Below are positions 11,600 to 23,329 of a DNA stretch of 64,000 bases, one piece after another. The notes below the pieces were generated by a model. It was given only the letters and a program-made list of their open reading frames with translations, made no database searches and had not been told where the DNA came from. The translations under genes were made by a program, and so were the position numbers. Position 1 is the stretch's first letter. The number at the start of each line of letters is the position of its first letter. Source of the stretch: Lama glama (Eukaryota); NCBI GenBank assembly GCA_028534125.1, contig CM052817.1, forward strand, positions 932,001-996,000, given 5' to 3'.

Positions 11600-12350
11600 C
11601 CTCAGTCAGTACTCCACACCCTGCCTGGTCTTTCTGAAATGTAGCTGTGATCATGTGAGGCCCCGCTCTTCAGGGATCTCTGCTGTCCCCTGGGGTTCAA
11701 GACCAGTCTGTCATTGGGCTTCTTGTTTTGACCTCCCCTGACCTCTTCAGCCCGTCTTGCTGCTGCGCTCGTCCCTTGGGCCTCTGCGTAGTCAGATTTT
11801 GTCCCTGCTCCCCCCTCCGCCCCTCCAGTGCATTTGTGGGCTCAGCTGGCTTCTCCTGTTAATTCCTTCTCATTCAGCTCTCGGCTGGAAAGCCACCCCA
11901 GACTGCCTGCCCGTCTGGAGAGCCCTCATAGGTGTGTCCTGAGCACATTGTGTTTCGCCTGCTCCACTCTCTCTGCTCCGGCCGCCCTGGCCTCTGGCCT
12001 CCTGGAGCACCGAGGCCATTCCAGGCCCCAGGCAACTGCACCTGCCATGCCTTCTGCCGGGACACCTGCCTGGCTTGCTCTTTACTGCCTGTAAGGCTTT
12101 ACTCAAACTCCCCTTCTCGGCCCCTCCCCGACACTGACTTAGGACGCCCTGCTGCGTCCAGCCCCGCCCATCTGCCTTAGCTTCTATCCCACAGCACTTA
12201 CCCTCTGACTTTCCGGGCATTTTCCTTTTTTGTCTCTCTGCCTGGCTTCATCGAGGTGTCTGTAGAGGCAGGAATTGCTCCTCTTTTGGCTTCGATTACT
12301 GTCATATGCCTCGTACCTGGAACGTAGCTGAATGACTGTCAGTCAGAGGC
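11600..12350 (+). mobile_element. LINE-2 3' fragment
   Basis: tctttctgaaatgtagctgtgatcatgtg, tgcacctgccatgccttctgcc, gaggcaggaattgctcc...acctggaacgtagctgaatga are sense L2 motifs. Confidence 0.65.
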
Positions 12351-14250
12351 TGTCTGAGTGACCAGACTCTCAGCCCTCTAGTGTGATGTCTGGCATGGCA
12401 CCGTGTGTCTCAGCGGTGGTGTGGATGGAGGGAGTGGCGTGAGGGTGCTTCCCTGGAGTGAGGTGGGAAAGGTGGAGGGCCATGGGCAGTGACAGGTCAG
12501 CGAGGAGAGCTGTGGGCCAGTGCTAGAGAACAGTGTCCTTCCCAAGGCACAGGAGATGGGGTAGGAAGAGTGGACAGATGCAGGAGGTGGGGACCAAAGT
12601 CTCTTCGGTGGGCTGGGGCCCACGTGGGGCCCAGAATAAGAGGGGAGGGTGGCCCAGGCGCCCCTGCTGTTCACAGGGTGTGAATAGTATGTGAGGAGGC
12701 TGGGTGGAGAGGGCACCATTTTATCTCACCGTGAACCAGTGGAAGGGAAGGCAGGCCTTGTTTCTGATCGACCTGTCTTCCTTCCAGAAAGAAACTCTAA
12801 TCTCACCTGCCAGCTGAAATTGTGTCTGTGTTGCATTCCTCTTCACCCAGAAGAGGAAGCCCTAGGTCCTGAGCATGGCGTGTGGTCCCTTGTGTTTTTC
12901 CAGCATCTTCACTGGCCAGCCCCTTGCGGCTGCTCTGTGATCTCATTGTCATGCCGCTGCCGCTCTGGTGAGGAGCTGCGCTGGCCCCACGGGTCTTCCC
13001 TGAGCCGTGGCTTCTTCCCAAGCCGCCCTGCTCGGCCCTGCTCTGCCCCCCTCGAGCCTAGTCTTCGTCTCTGTCTCTGCCAGAGTTACCGCCCCTGCAC
13101 TGTGGCGCTCAACGTGTTGGTTTTCGCTCCCCAGCAGTTGTGCCTCTGGGCGCTAGGCCCTGCCTCGGGCACGGGGCTCAGGCTCCTGCCCCTCTGTGGA
13201 CTGTGGGTGTTTCAAGGCAGCAGCCCTCTGGGCTTTGGGCAGTGCCTGGTAGTCACGGAGAGTTAACACGTGGAAGAGATACTTTGGAGTCCTCAGTGTT
13301 CCTAAAGAATTTCAGTTCGTAAAAATTGAATTCCTAGATTTTCAAAGTTAAAATATATCTTAGAAATAAGAGCCTTCTGTGTTGCTTCCCCCAGAAGATT
13401 TGGAGTGGGTGCCGTCTGTGCAGAGCTGCTCCCTCTGTGGCTTTGAGGGAGAATCCTCCTTCCCTCGCCTCATGGAGTCCTCACAGCAGGGAACTGATCC
13501 CTGCGATGCGAAGTGCTGACCCAGCTCACAAAGCTGTAAGCCCTGGGGCTCCTGCAGGGCCTGACCTCTGCTTCTGTGCTCTGGGGACTGACTGCTCGTC
13601 CGTCCTCTTGGGGGGCGTTTGAACATATACTGTCCACATGTGAATAGGATGGTGTGCCGTTATATTTTTGCTCATCAGTATGGCTTCTGGTGCCATTTCT
13701 TTGTTCCTTGGGAATTAGCTGTGTGCCGGCAATGGGCCATAACCTGTGTCCTTGGTCCCAGGGACTTTACAGACCTGAGTGGGTGAAACAGGAGAGACAG
13801 CAGAGGAAAGACTGCATCTCTGAAAAGCCCGTGAGTAGTCTTGCCAAAGGCTTGACCTGAAACTGATCAAGCCTTTATGCCCCGTAACCAGCTTACAGGA
13901 AACGCAGGGGGAAAGGAACGCATGAACCTACCCTGCAGGATGGCCGTTGGCAGAACTTAGGATTTGGGCAGTGACCAGGTCTCTTCAGCAAGTAAAACAA
14001 GGAGTCTCTGGATGATGGGAGGTTGGAGGCACATGGGCTGACCGCACTATGTAGGACTATTTGCATCCAAGGCAGGCCAGCTAGGTAGAGATGTAAGTAA
14101 ACATCACCTCCACTATTTGAGACAGTTAGAAATTGGAACACTGGCCAGGTTTGTTATTGAGGAATTCTTTATTATGCTTTTTAACTGCTGTAGTGGTTTT
14201 AAGAAAAGCATTCAGACTGTGTAGAGCTGTGTACAGAATTTGTCAGTGAG

Positions 14251-14375
14251 CGGGGAGGGTGTAAGTTCAGTGGTACACAGAGCGCACAAGGTCCGGGGTT
14301 CAATCCCCAGTGCTGGCATTCTAACTAGCTAACTAAAACCTAATTACCCCCACCAAGAAGAAGAATGAAAGTAAA
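14251..14375 (+). mobile_element. tRNA-derived SINE (camelid Vic-1-like) with target-site duplication
   Basis: ggggagggtgtaagttcagtggta head, B box ggttcaatcc, aaacctaattacccc tail and A-rich end. 16-bp TSD agaatttg(t/c)cagtgag at 14235-14250 and 14376-14391. Confidence 0.88.
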
Positions 14376-14579
14376 AGAATTTGCCAGTGAGATGATACAG
14401 CAGCTGGGATTTGCTCCACAGTTCTGTGAAGAGGGGGCAGCGAGGGCGTGACTGGATCAGGACTGGCCCAGGTGGACGTCAGGCTCTACCTTTACATGCA
14501 TTCAGAATTCTCATGACAAGCGAGAAGAAAGCCGTGAAGGCAAGGCTGGGCACAGCCAGCAGCATCTGTAGGAAGGTCA

Positions 14580-14900
14580 GACCTAACTGGGGTCTGGTGT
14601 CAGGAAAGGCTTCCTGATGGGATCGCCTCAGGCCGGGCGCAGAAGAGGCCTGGCAGAGGGCGTGTGTGAGGATTCCTGACGAGGGCCTGAGACGGAGCGG
14701 ACCTAAGGCTGAGTGGCTGGAGCACTGGGCACAAAACAGGGTTGCAGGGTGGGGGCGGGGTGAGTTCTTTTAGCTGTATTGAGAATTGTCATCCTAAGAG
14801 CAGTGTGAGGCCCTTGAAGGGTTTTAAACAGGGGTGTGGGGTGTGTGTGTGTGCGGTGAATCTCTGCTCTGGGAAGTGCGCTTCTCTGTAAACTGGCGAT
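14580..14900 (-). mobile_element. LINE-2 fragment
   Basis: tcaggaaaggcttcctga...catcctaagagcagtgtgaggcccttgaagggttttaaacagggg. Confidence 0.55.
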
Positions 14901-15209
14901 GGGAGGATTAGGGGAGTGAGTGGTGGGCACGGGAGACCAATCTGTGCTTGCTGTCTCTTTGGGTTAGGGTCTTCCCGGTTGTGCCTGCTTTGGGTGCCTG
15001 GGAGGCTGACCAACCCTGCCCCCTTGAAATCTGGTGTGGCCATGTGACTTGCTTTGGACAATGAGGTGACATGTTGCTTCTGACGAAAGCTCCGAGAGAC
15101 GTGTGCTTTATCACGTCCTCTTTTGCATCTGATTGCGGGAGCACACAGACACGTGCTGTGAGCGAGAAAGCAAGCTCTGGGTTGAGCTGTTACTGCCCCA
15201 CAAGCTCGC

Positions 15210-15370
15210 CTAGGGGTTCTCGAGGTCCAGTCCCCAGAGTGGCAGCACTGGTCACCAGGAGCTCCTTAGAAATGCCCGCTCCCGGGCCCCCCCTTGAGCT
15301 GCTGAGTCAGGCTCTGGAGTGGGGTGCAGCGGCCTGTGTTCTCACAAGCCCGCGTGGTGCTGCTCCCTGA
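15210..15370. mobile_element. MER5A-like hAT-Charlie DNA transposon fossil
   Basis: gcagcactggtcaccaggagctccttagaaatgc...gctgagtcaggctctggagtggggtgcagcggcctgtgttctcacaagcc. Confidence 0.7.
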
Positions 15371-16823
15371 TCAGCCAGTTAGGAGCCTGTGGCGTCAGTC
15401 CTTGTGGGGGGTGGGCCCGAGGGGAGAGGTGGCCCGCATATCAGTGGGAAGAGATTCTGGACGAAGCTGATAAAGCCTGTTGTTGGAATAGGAGGGAGGT
15501 GTCAGCGAGGCCCTGAGTTTTGTTGGACGAAACCAGATGGCGGAAGCACAGTTCGCTGTCCAGACTGTAGATTTTTGTGAGCGTTTGCATTTACTTCCCT
15601 TTCAGGTTTCAGAAACCAGGAAAAGCCGAGCAAGGAGATTTAAAACTCCCACTGACTCCTCCACTCAAGGATCAGGTCTCGGCGGAGCCCCCATTTGTGA
15701 TGGTGCCCTCCCTGCGCTTCTGACCCTCACTTGCTGTCCCCACCTGCCCTCCCACGTGAGTGGAAGCATGACGCAGGCAGCACCCTTGCCTCGTCCTGGC
15801 CCCTGCCACAGGTGTGCCTCCGAGGGCGAGCTGGTGGTGTGCTTGGGACCTGGGGTGGCAGGCAAGGCCTGTGCCCGTCGGTGTGGCCTGGATGCTGAGG
15901 ACCCTGCTTCTCCAGGTTTGAAGTCCTCCGCGGTGCAGGCTGGAGCTGGCCCGAGAGGTGGAGGAGCTGTCTGACTTCACACAGCTTCCTCTTCCTCCTG
16001 GAGAGAAAAGGCGTGTTTCGGGAGGGGAGCAGTTCTTCCCGGACTGAGAGCTGCAAGAACGATGCTGTTAGGGTTCTCTCCTGTTGTTCTGTGTCTGAGA
16101 TTGTGTACTTTATTTGTGGAAGAGGAGTTGAGATTAAGTGTCATGTTAACAGTTTATTGGATTCTTTTCTGTTGAGTTCTGAAATCTGTATCAAGTATTT
16201 ATTTCTTTAAAATTCAACTGCTTACAACTTCTTAGAGAAAACGCTAGCAGTTCTTGTCAGTCCAGTGCCTACCTCTGGAGGCCAAGCCTGTGCAGTTCCT
16301 TGAATACCGTTAGGGATCTCTGTGAGCGAGCAGGTGACACCAGTCAAGGGTCAGGACAAGTCACAGGTGATTACCCTCTCCGCTTCCTTTGCAGAGGGCC
16401 CTGTTCAGTTTTGCAGGCTGATAAACTTCTGAGACAGAGGAAACCTAGGTCTTGCTGGCCCACTAGAAATGAAATGTTTCAGCAAGATCTTGCCCTGGCT
16501 TCACTTTTCCGTCTCTCGAAGACTCCAGGGTGACTCCTTGGGGCTGGGCATAGCACTGGTGTGTGAAGGACACCCTGGGTGCTTGTGGGGAGCCTCTGCA
16601 CTCCGTCTGGTCTGTCCCTGTCTTCCAGAAGCCACTGCTGCCTCCCCTGGTCGGTGCCGACTGCTCCTCTCGTTCTTGCTGTCGGTTTCAGAGCTGGTTC
16701 TCTGTCCTGACCGGATTCTGGCACCATCCCCACTGCCCTCCCTTTGTGAGTTCCCAGCACGAGAATGATGTAGCAGAAACTAAGTTCTGAGCTTCAACCT
16801 AGAGGTTGTAGAAATCTTACTTT

Positions 16824-18351
16824 TATATATGTATATACTTTATTGAAGTATAATCAGTATACAATGTTGTGTTAATTTCTGGTGTACAGCACGATACTTC
16901 AGTCATATAGGAACATACATATATTCATTTTCATACTTTTTCACTGTAAGTTGTTATAAGATTTTGAATGTAGTTCCCTGTGCTATACAATATAAACTTG
17001 TTTGTCTGTTTTATATATATTAGTTAGTATCTGCAAATCTCGAACTCCCAGTTTATCCCTTCCCACCCCCTTTTCCCCTGGTAACCATAAGTTTGTTTTC
17101 TATGTCTGTGGGTCTGTTTCTGTTTTGTAAATAAGTGCATTTGTGTGTGTTTTTAAGATTTCACATAAAAGTAATATCATATGGTATTTTTCTTTCTCTT
17201 TCTGCCTTACTTCACTTGCAGTGATGATCTCCAGGTCTATCTATGTTGCTGCAAATGGTATTATTTTTTTTGTGGCTGACTAGTATTCCATTGTATAAAT
17301 ATACCACAGCTTCTTTATCCATTCATCTATCGATGGACATTCAGGTTGTTTCCATGTCTTAGCTATTGTAAATAGTGCTGTTATGAACACTGGGGTGCAG
17401 GTGTCTTTTTGAATTAAGGTTCTCTCTGGATATATGCCCAGAAGTGGGATTGCTGGATCATATGGCAAGTCTATTTTTAGTTTTTTGAGGAATCTGCATA
17501 CTGTTTTCCACAGTGGCTGCACCAAACTGCATTGCCACCAGCACTGTAGGAGGGTTCCCTTCTCTCCACACCCTCTGCAGCATTTATCGTTTGTGGACTT
17601 TTGAATGATGGCCATTCCGACAGGTGTGAGGTGATACTTCAATGTAGTTTTGATTTGCATTTCTCTGATAATTAGTGATATTGAGCATTTTTTCCTGTGC
17701 CTATTGGCCATTCTTATGTCTTCATTGGAGAATTGCTTGTTTAGGTCTTCTGCCCGTTGTTGGATGGGTTTGTTTTTTTCTTACTAAGCTGTATGGGCTG
17801 TTTATATGTTCTGGAAATTAAGCCCTTGTCAGTCTCATCTTTTGCAAATATTTTCTCCCATTCCATAGGTTGTCTTTTTGTTTTGCTGATGGTTTCCTTT
17901 GTTGTGCAAAACCTTACCAGTGTAATTAGGTCCTATTTGTTTCTTTTGCTTTTATTTTTATTGCTTGGGTAGACTGCCCTAGGAGAACATTGCTGAGATG
18001 TATGTCGGATAATGTTTTGCCTATGTTTCCTTGTAGGAGATTTATAGTGTCTTGTCTTATGTTTAAGTCTAAGCCATTTTGAGTTTATTTTTGTGTATGG
18101 TGTGAGGGAGTGTTCTAGCTTCATTGCTTTACGTGCATCTGTCTAGTTTTCCCAGCACCACTTGCTGAAGAGACTGTCTTTACTCCATTGTATGTTTTTG
18201 CCTCGCTTGTCAGAAGTCAATTAACCAAACGTTTGTGGATTTATTTCTGGGCTCTCTGTGCTGTTCCATTGACCTATATGTCTGTTTCTGTATCAGTACC
18301 ATGCTGTTTTGATTACTGTAGCTATGTAGTATTGTCTAAAGTTTGGGGGGT
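16824..18351 (-). mobile_element. 5'-truncated, relatively young LINE-1 (ORF2 C-terminus + 3' UTR) with TSD
   Basis: ORF 17280-17711(-) encodes L1 ORF2p C-terminus (IREMQIKTT...YHLTP...WW.C.LVQPLWK...[13 protein letters not shown]...WYIYTMEY). Minus-strand AATAAA at 16839-16844. 15-bp TSD tagaaatctta(c/t)ttt at 16809-16823 and 18352-18366. Confidence 0.95.
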
Positions 18352-19290
18352 TAGAAATCTTATTTTCAAGGGTGTGTGGTTTTTGACACATCATTAAGGC
18401 AAAATAGAAAGCTGATTATTATTAATTATTTTACAATCAGAAAATACGTTTTGTGAAAACTTTGTCTGAGTCAGAAAAGTAGAAGGCAACTGATGCCTGT
18501 GATCTTCTCTAACATTTAGGTCTGTTTCCAGTGACGTTTTCCTTCATCAAACTGAGCCACGCGCCCTAAAGACAGTTCCTCTGCAAGGTCGTAGCAGAAG
18601 GTGACAGTCCAGGCTCTGCTCTTTCAGCTGCTGCTTGTGGCATCTGTCTGTGTTTTTTAAATAACCTGCTTATTTTGCTGAGTTGAGGACTTGAGGTTTA
18701 TATACTATGTGTCAAGTTCTGCTGGCGGGAGAGAAGAATTTAGCCTTCTTATCCCCTGGCCTCCCACTTCCCCCTCCCCACTTCCCAGCACTGTGGTGTC
18801 TGGGTTGTCTATTCCTACCTAACAAGCTATTGCAGAACTTAGTGGTTGAAAACCTGACGTTTGTTTACAGCTTGAAGTTTGGACACGGTGTGCCTGGGTT
18901 AGCTTGTCGCTGCTCTCTGCTGCCGAGAGCCAGGTGGTTTCATTTGTGCTGCCTGCTGGTATTGGCCACAGCCCACCAGTTCCCTGCCCAGGGCCTCCTG
19001 TGAGGCTGCCTGGGCCCCCTCCCAGCATGGTGGTGGCTTCCCGAGGGAGGAGGAGAAGATGCCAGTGCTCTTTAGGGCAAGCTGGCTGCGGCCAGGCATT
19101 GCGTTTGCCGTATCTGCTGGTGAGTGTGGTCACAGGCCCAGGCCCACCTCAGGGTGGAGACACAGACTTTATCTCTTGGTGGGGGAGTGGCAGAGTATTT
19201 TTGGCTGCCTTTAGTCTGCCACAGTTTTAGAAGAATTTTTGGTTTAAATGAATATTAATTGTTCTATTATTCAGCTAAACCAAACACTGA

Positions 19291-19628
19291 GTGCTCTGCA
19301 GGATGAATGCAAGAGACCACATGGTTTCAAATGAGGGTGGATAATAGGTCACTTGCAAAGAATCAGAAACCCTGACAGCATCAGCTCTCTTAAACAGACA
19401 AAATACACACAGAAAACCCCAAAGTAATGAAGCAATGCCTTCAGGTTTTTGAGAGAAATCATTTCCAATCTAAATTATACCCAGCCAAGCTATCAATCCA
19501 GTGCAGGTACAGAGCAGACCATTTTGGCATGTAAGTTCGCAGAAAAGCGCTGCCTCCCACACCTTCTCCAGTAACTTCCACCCCCACTCGAAACCATGTG
19601 GGTCTCTTGCATTCATCCTGCAGAGCAC
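19291..19628. repeat. 51/52-bp inverted repeat with 235-bp spacer
   Basis: Arm 1 (19291-19341) is the reverse complement of arm 2 (19577-19628) with 3 mismatches and 1 indel; the outer 28 bp are perfect. Confidence 0.95.
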
Positions 19629-19719
19629 CCTTTGAGTCTCTTCCACCTTTTGATTCTGGGATGTCTTGAGTAATTTCTTTCACAATTTAAAAACTCTTGA
19701 CTCCAGTTGTTTACATTTC

Positions 19720-20940
19720 TCCCCAGTTTTATTGAGATGTAATTGACAAATAAGATTGTACATATTTAAAGTGTACCATGTCTAGAGACCTAATGCACAA
19801 CATGATAAATATAATTAGCACTGCTGTACGTTACATATGAAAGTTAAGAGAGTACATCCTAAGAATTCTCCTCACGAGGAAAAAATATTGTTTCTATTTC
19901 TTTAATGTTGCGTCTGTGTGAGGTGATAGGTGTTCATTAGACTTCCCGTGACAATCACTGCATGAAGTAAGTCAGATCGTGGTGCTGTGCACCTCAAGCC
20001 TGCAGTGCTCTGTGTCAGTCGTGTCTCAGTAAAACTAGGGGAAAAGGCATTAGGAAAACTGGAAGAATGGAGTGCACAGTGTAACGACTGGACATGTGGT
20101 GAAACAGCCTCAAGGGTCAGGTTGATTAACAGTCAGTCCTCTCGCCCAGCTGCCTTCCAGTGGGAGGGTGAGCACGCGTAGGAGTTACCCTCTTGGTTTG
20201 TTTCAAGTGTATTATTAATTGCAGTGACTCTACAGTGTATTTTTAGAACTTACTTTGTCTTAGAGATGAAAGTCTGTATCCTTTGGCCAACATCTCCCCG
20301 TTTCCCCTCCCCCCAGCCCCTGGCGACCACCCGCTGTACCCTCTGCTTCTGTGGGGTTGACTTTTTATTTTATATTCCTTTCTCTGTCCAGCTGATTTCA
20401 CGTAACATAATGTTCTCTGGGTTCGTCCATGTCTCAGATGCCAGGGCTTCCTGTCTGATGACTGAATCATGTCCTTCGTGTGTATAAACTACATCATTTT
20501 CATCTGTTCGTGCACTGACGGACACCTAGGTTGTCTCAGTGTGTTGGTGCTTGGGAGTCGTGCTGTGGCGAACACAAGTGTGCAGATGCCTCTTCAGTAC
20601 CCTGTTTCTTCTCCACTGATGTGTCCCCGTGGGTGGGGTCACTGCATCACCTGTAGTTGTCTTTAACGGTTCGAGGAACCTCCACGCCGCCTCCCACGGT
20701 GACTGCACCGTCGCGTCCCCACCGGCAGGGCCGGAGGGCTCCTTTTCCCGCGTGCTCACCAGTGCTTGTTTCTCATCTCCCTGACGATAGTCCTTCTGGC
20801 AGGTGCGAGGTGGTGGCTCACCTTGGTTTCCACTTGTGTTGCTTGAGGATCAGCGATGAGCATCTTTGCGTGTGCCTGCTGGCCGTCTGCATGTCTTTGG
20901 TGGAAAAACGGTCAGGTCTTTTCCATAATTTTTTAAATCT
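19720..20940 (-). mobile_element. LINE-1 3' end (L1MA-like), interrupted by an oppositely oriented L1 3' end at ~19781-20060
   Basis: ttttattgagatgtaattgacaaataagattgtacatatttaaagtgtac start; decayed ORF2 C-terminus downstream. The inner piece reads tctagagacctaatgcacaacatg...tctcagtaaaactaggggaaaa on the + strand. Confidence 0.75.
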
Positions 20941-21984
20941 TCCGTTTCTGGAACTCCTATCATGTGGATATTTTGTTGGCATGATTTTCAGATTTTCTTC
21001 CTTTTTCTCTCCTGTGTTTCTCCTCTCCTTTCCCCTTCCTCACTTCTCTTCCCGTCTCCCGTGTCTCCCCCCTCCTTCCTGCCCTGCCCCTCCTTTCTTT
21101 TCTCCTTTTGGCAGGACTGTAGTAACGTATGGTATCTGGTTTTCTCTTTTTGTCCCCTTGGCAACTGTGGAATGGAGTTACAGATAGTGCAGGGATTTTT
21201 AATTATTTTGGAAATATTTTTACAGTTTCACAATATTCCTTTGAAAATTTGAAGAACTTTGATTAGATACTATATTCATATGCTTCAGAATTAAAACCTA
21301 TAGTGTCAAAAGCTCTCTACTTACCTCAGCCCTGGCCACCGGTTCCCCTCCTGGAGGCGGCGGTGAGGCAGGGGCAGCCCGAGCCCCGTGCGGAGCGTGT
21401 GTGGAGCTTCCTGCCGGTGGGCGTGCGCCTGGAAGCTTCTCTCACTCCCTGTGCTGTGTGTTCCTCTAAGCTCCTAGTTCTCTTTTGCTTTAAAATTTTT
21501 GCCTCTTACAATAAGCTTTCCTTGGATGCCTGATGGCCCTCGAGTGCAGCCTCATTGTTAAGCTGGGGTCTGGGAGCTGATGGGTGTGTCTGCGGGGGTC
21601 TCCACCGAGGGCCCAGGGCTCGGGACCACCATCAGTGTCAGCAGGTGTTTCCCCGAATCTGGGTGGAGGTCCTCTGGCCGGCGTGTCTGGCAGTTCACTG
21701 CCTTGAGTGGCCCTGCCTGGAGTGTACCCTGTCCTTGAACTGGACCTGTCTTGCTGTTGTTGGGGCGGGCTGGCCACCAGGCCGTGCGGAGGGCCAGGCC
21801 TGGAACTGCACGTTAGTGGACTGCAGTCCTGGCTTGTAGGCTTCGAGTCCCCAGTGTTTGCTGTATGCGGTGACTTATCGTGCTTTTGTGCATGTCTTAG
21901 AGGGAAAATAGGAAAACACTCTATAGATACAGGAAAGATACGACTTAATATGTTTAATACCTTTTCATTCAACGGAAGATTTGG

Positions 21985-22560
21985 TATTTTTAAAACTGAG
22001 ATAAAATTAGTATCAAATTGGCAAGTTAAACCGTTTAACAGTGCGTAGTTCAGTGGCCTTTTGGTGCGTGCCCGGTGTTCGTGCAGCCATTGCCACCACC
22101 CGATTCCCGAGTGTGTTCGTCCTCCCGCCCCCCTCAGCCCCTGGCGCCCCCGTTCTGTGTTCCGCCTCCGGTTCGCCTGTCCTGGACCCTTCGTGTAAAC
22201 AGTGTCACACAGGACGCAGCCCTTGAGACTGGCTGCTGCCACTCGTGGCCTGTTTTCCTGGCCCGCCCGTATTGCAGTGTGTTCCTTTTCGCAGCTGAAT
22301 GCCCTGCTGTATGGATGGGTCCCATTTCTTTTGTCCACTTAGCAGTTGTTGGACTTTGGGTTTGTTTTGCTTTTTTGAATAATTCTGTGAAAATTCTGGT
22401 ACAAGTTTTTGTATGAACTTACGTTTTCAAATCTGTGCTGGGAAGATCCTTAGGAGTGAAGCTGCTGGGTCGTGTGGCAGCATGTGTGCGTGTGGCTTTC
22501 TGAGGAGCTGCTAGGTGGTTTCCCGCTGCATCTGCATCATTCTACACCCCCACCCCCGCC
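21985..22560 (-). mobile_element. LINE-1 3' end (L1MB-like)
   Basis: ctgagataaaatt...gtagttcagtggccttttggtg...gtgcagccattgccaccacc...aagtttttgtatgaacttacgttttca. Confidence 0.7.
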
Positions 22561-23329
22561 GTGTGAGAGGCATCGGAAGATTCGACATACTACACTAAGA
22601 AGACAGGGAGCGACCGGTCATGGGGCCAGGGACGATACCAGCTCCTGTGTCATCGTAAGGTTAAGGCTGGGGCTGTGGGGGGCTGGCCTGGAGTGTGCCT
22701 GTGGCTCTAAGCTTCTTTGCAGGGGAAACGAAACAAGAGACAGGTCAGTTATTAAGTCCTTACTGTCACAGGTGCATTTCTGCAGGAGAAGCAAAACGTC
22801 CGTGAGTAAATTCCAAGTTCTAGAAAATGAAGCTTCTCAGAGAATTCTTGTGGAGGAAGGGGGCCCTCAGCCCCTGTTCTTAGCACGCTCTGTCCTCTGT
22901 CCCTGTTGTTCACAGACTTCCTTGATGTCATCATCCGGGAAGGCAGGACCAAAACACATTTGAGGTGGATGAGTGTGCCACATTAGAAAGCAAGGGGGCA
23001 TTAGAGAGTGTGTGTTTGAACCATATTTGCAGACTTGACTTTTCCATTGTAAGCCTCTCTTCTGCTGCTGGAAGGACGACTTGGAGCTTGGCTCCCTCCT
23101 GGTGTGGCTCTGGGCGATGTCCTGAAGTCCTTACTTCAGTCCCGGCATTGAGACTTCTCCACAGGGACTCTCCTCAGTTTGGTTTACGGGGCGGCCCCGC
23201 AGCCTGCGGCTGGACATCTCGGCAGCCGGGAGAGCGGGGCAGTGGGCAGCATGTGCCTGCGGTCGGAGCCTGGGGAGAAGGGCTTTGGGGCTTGCTCAGC
23301 CGGGCCAGCAGGGACATTCCTCCCACCAA

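Noticed and set aside
14251..14320. tRNA-like sequence with A and B boxes
   Set aside because: Degenerate cloverleaf, SINE tail and flanking TSD show it is a SINE, not a tRNA gene. The same holds for 30060-30136.
17280..18124. Minus-strand ORFs as a host gene or active L1
   Set aside because: They are L1 ORF2 C-terminal pieces of a 5'-truncated copy with stops and frameshifts.
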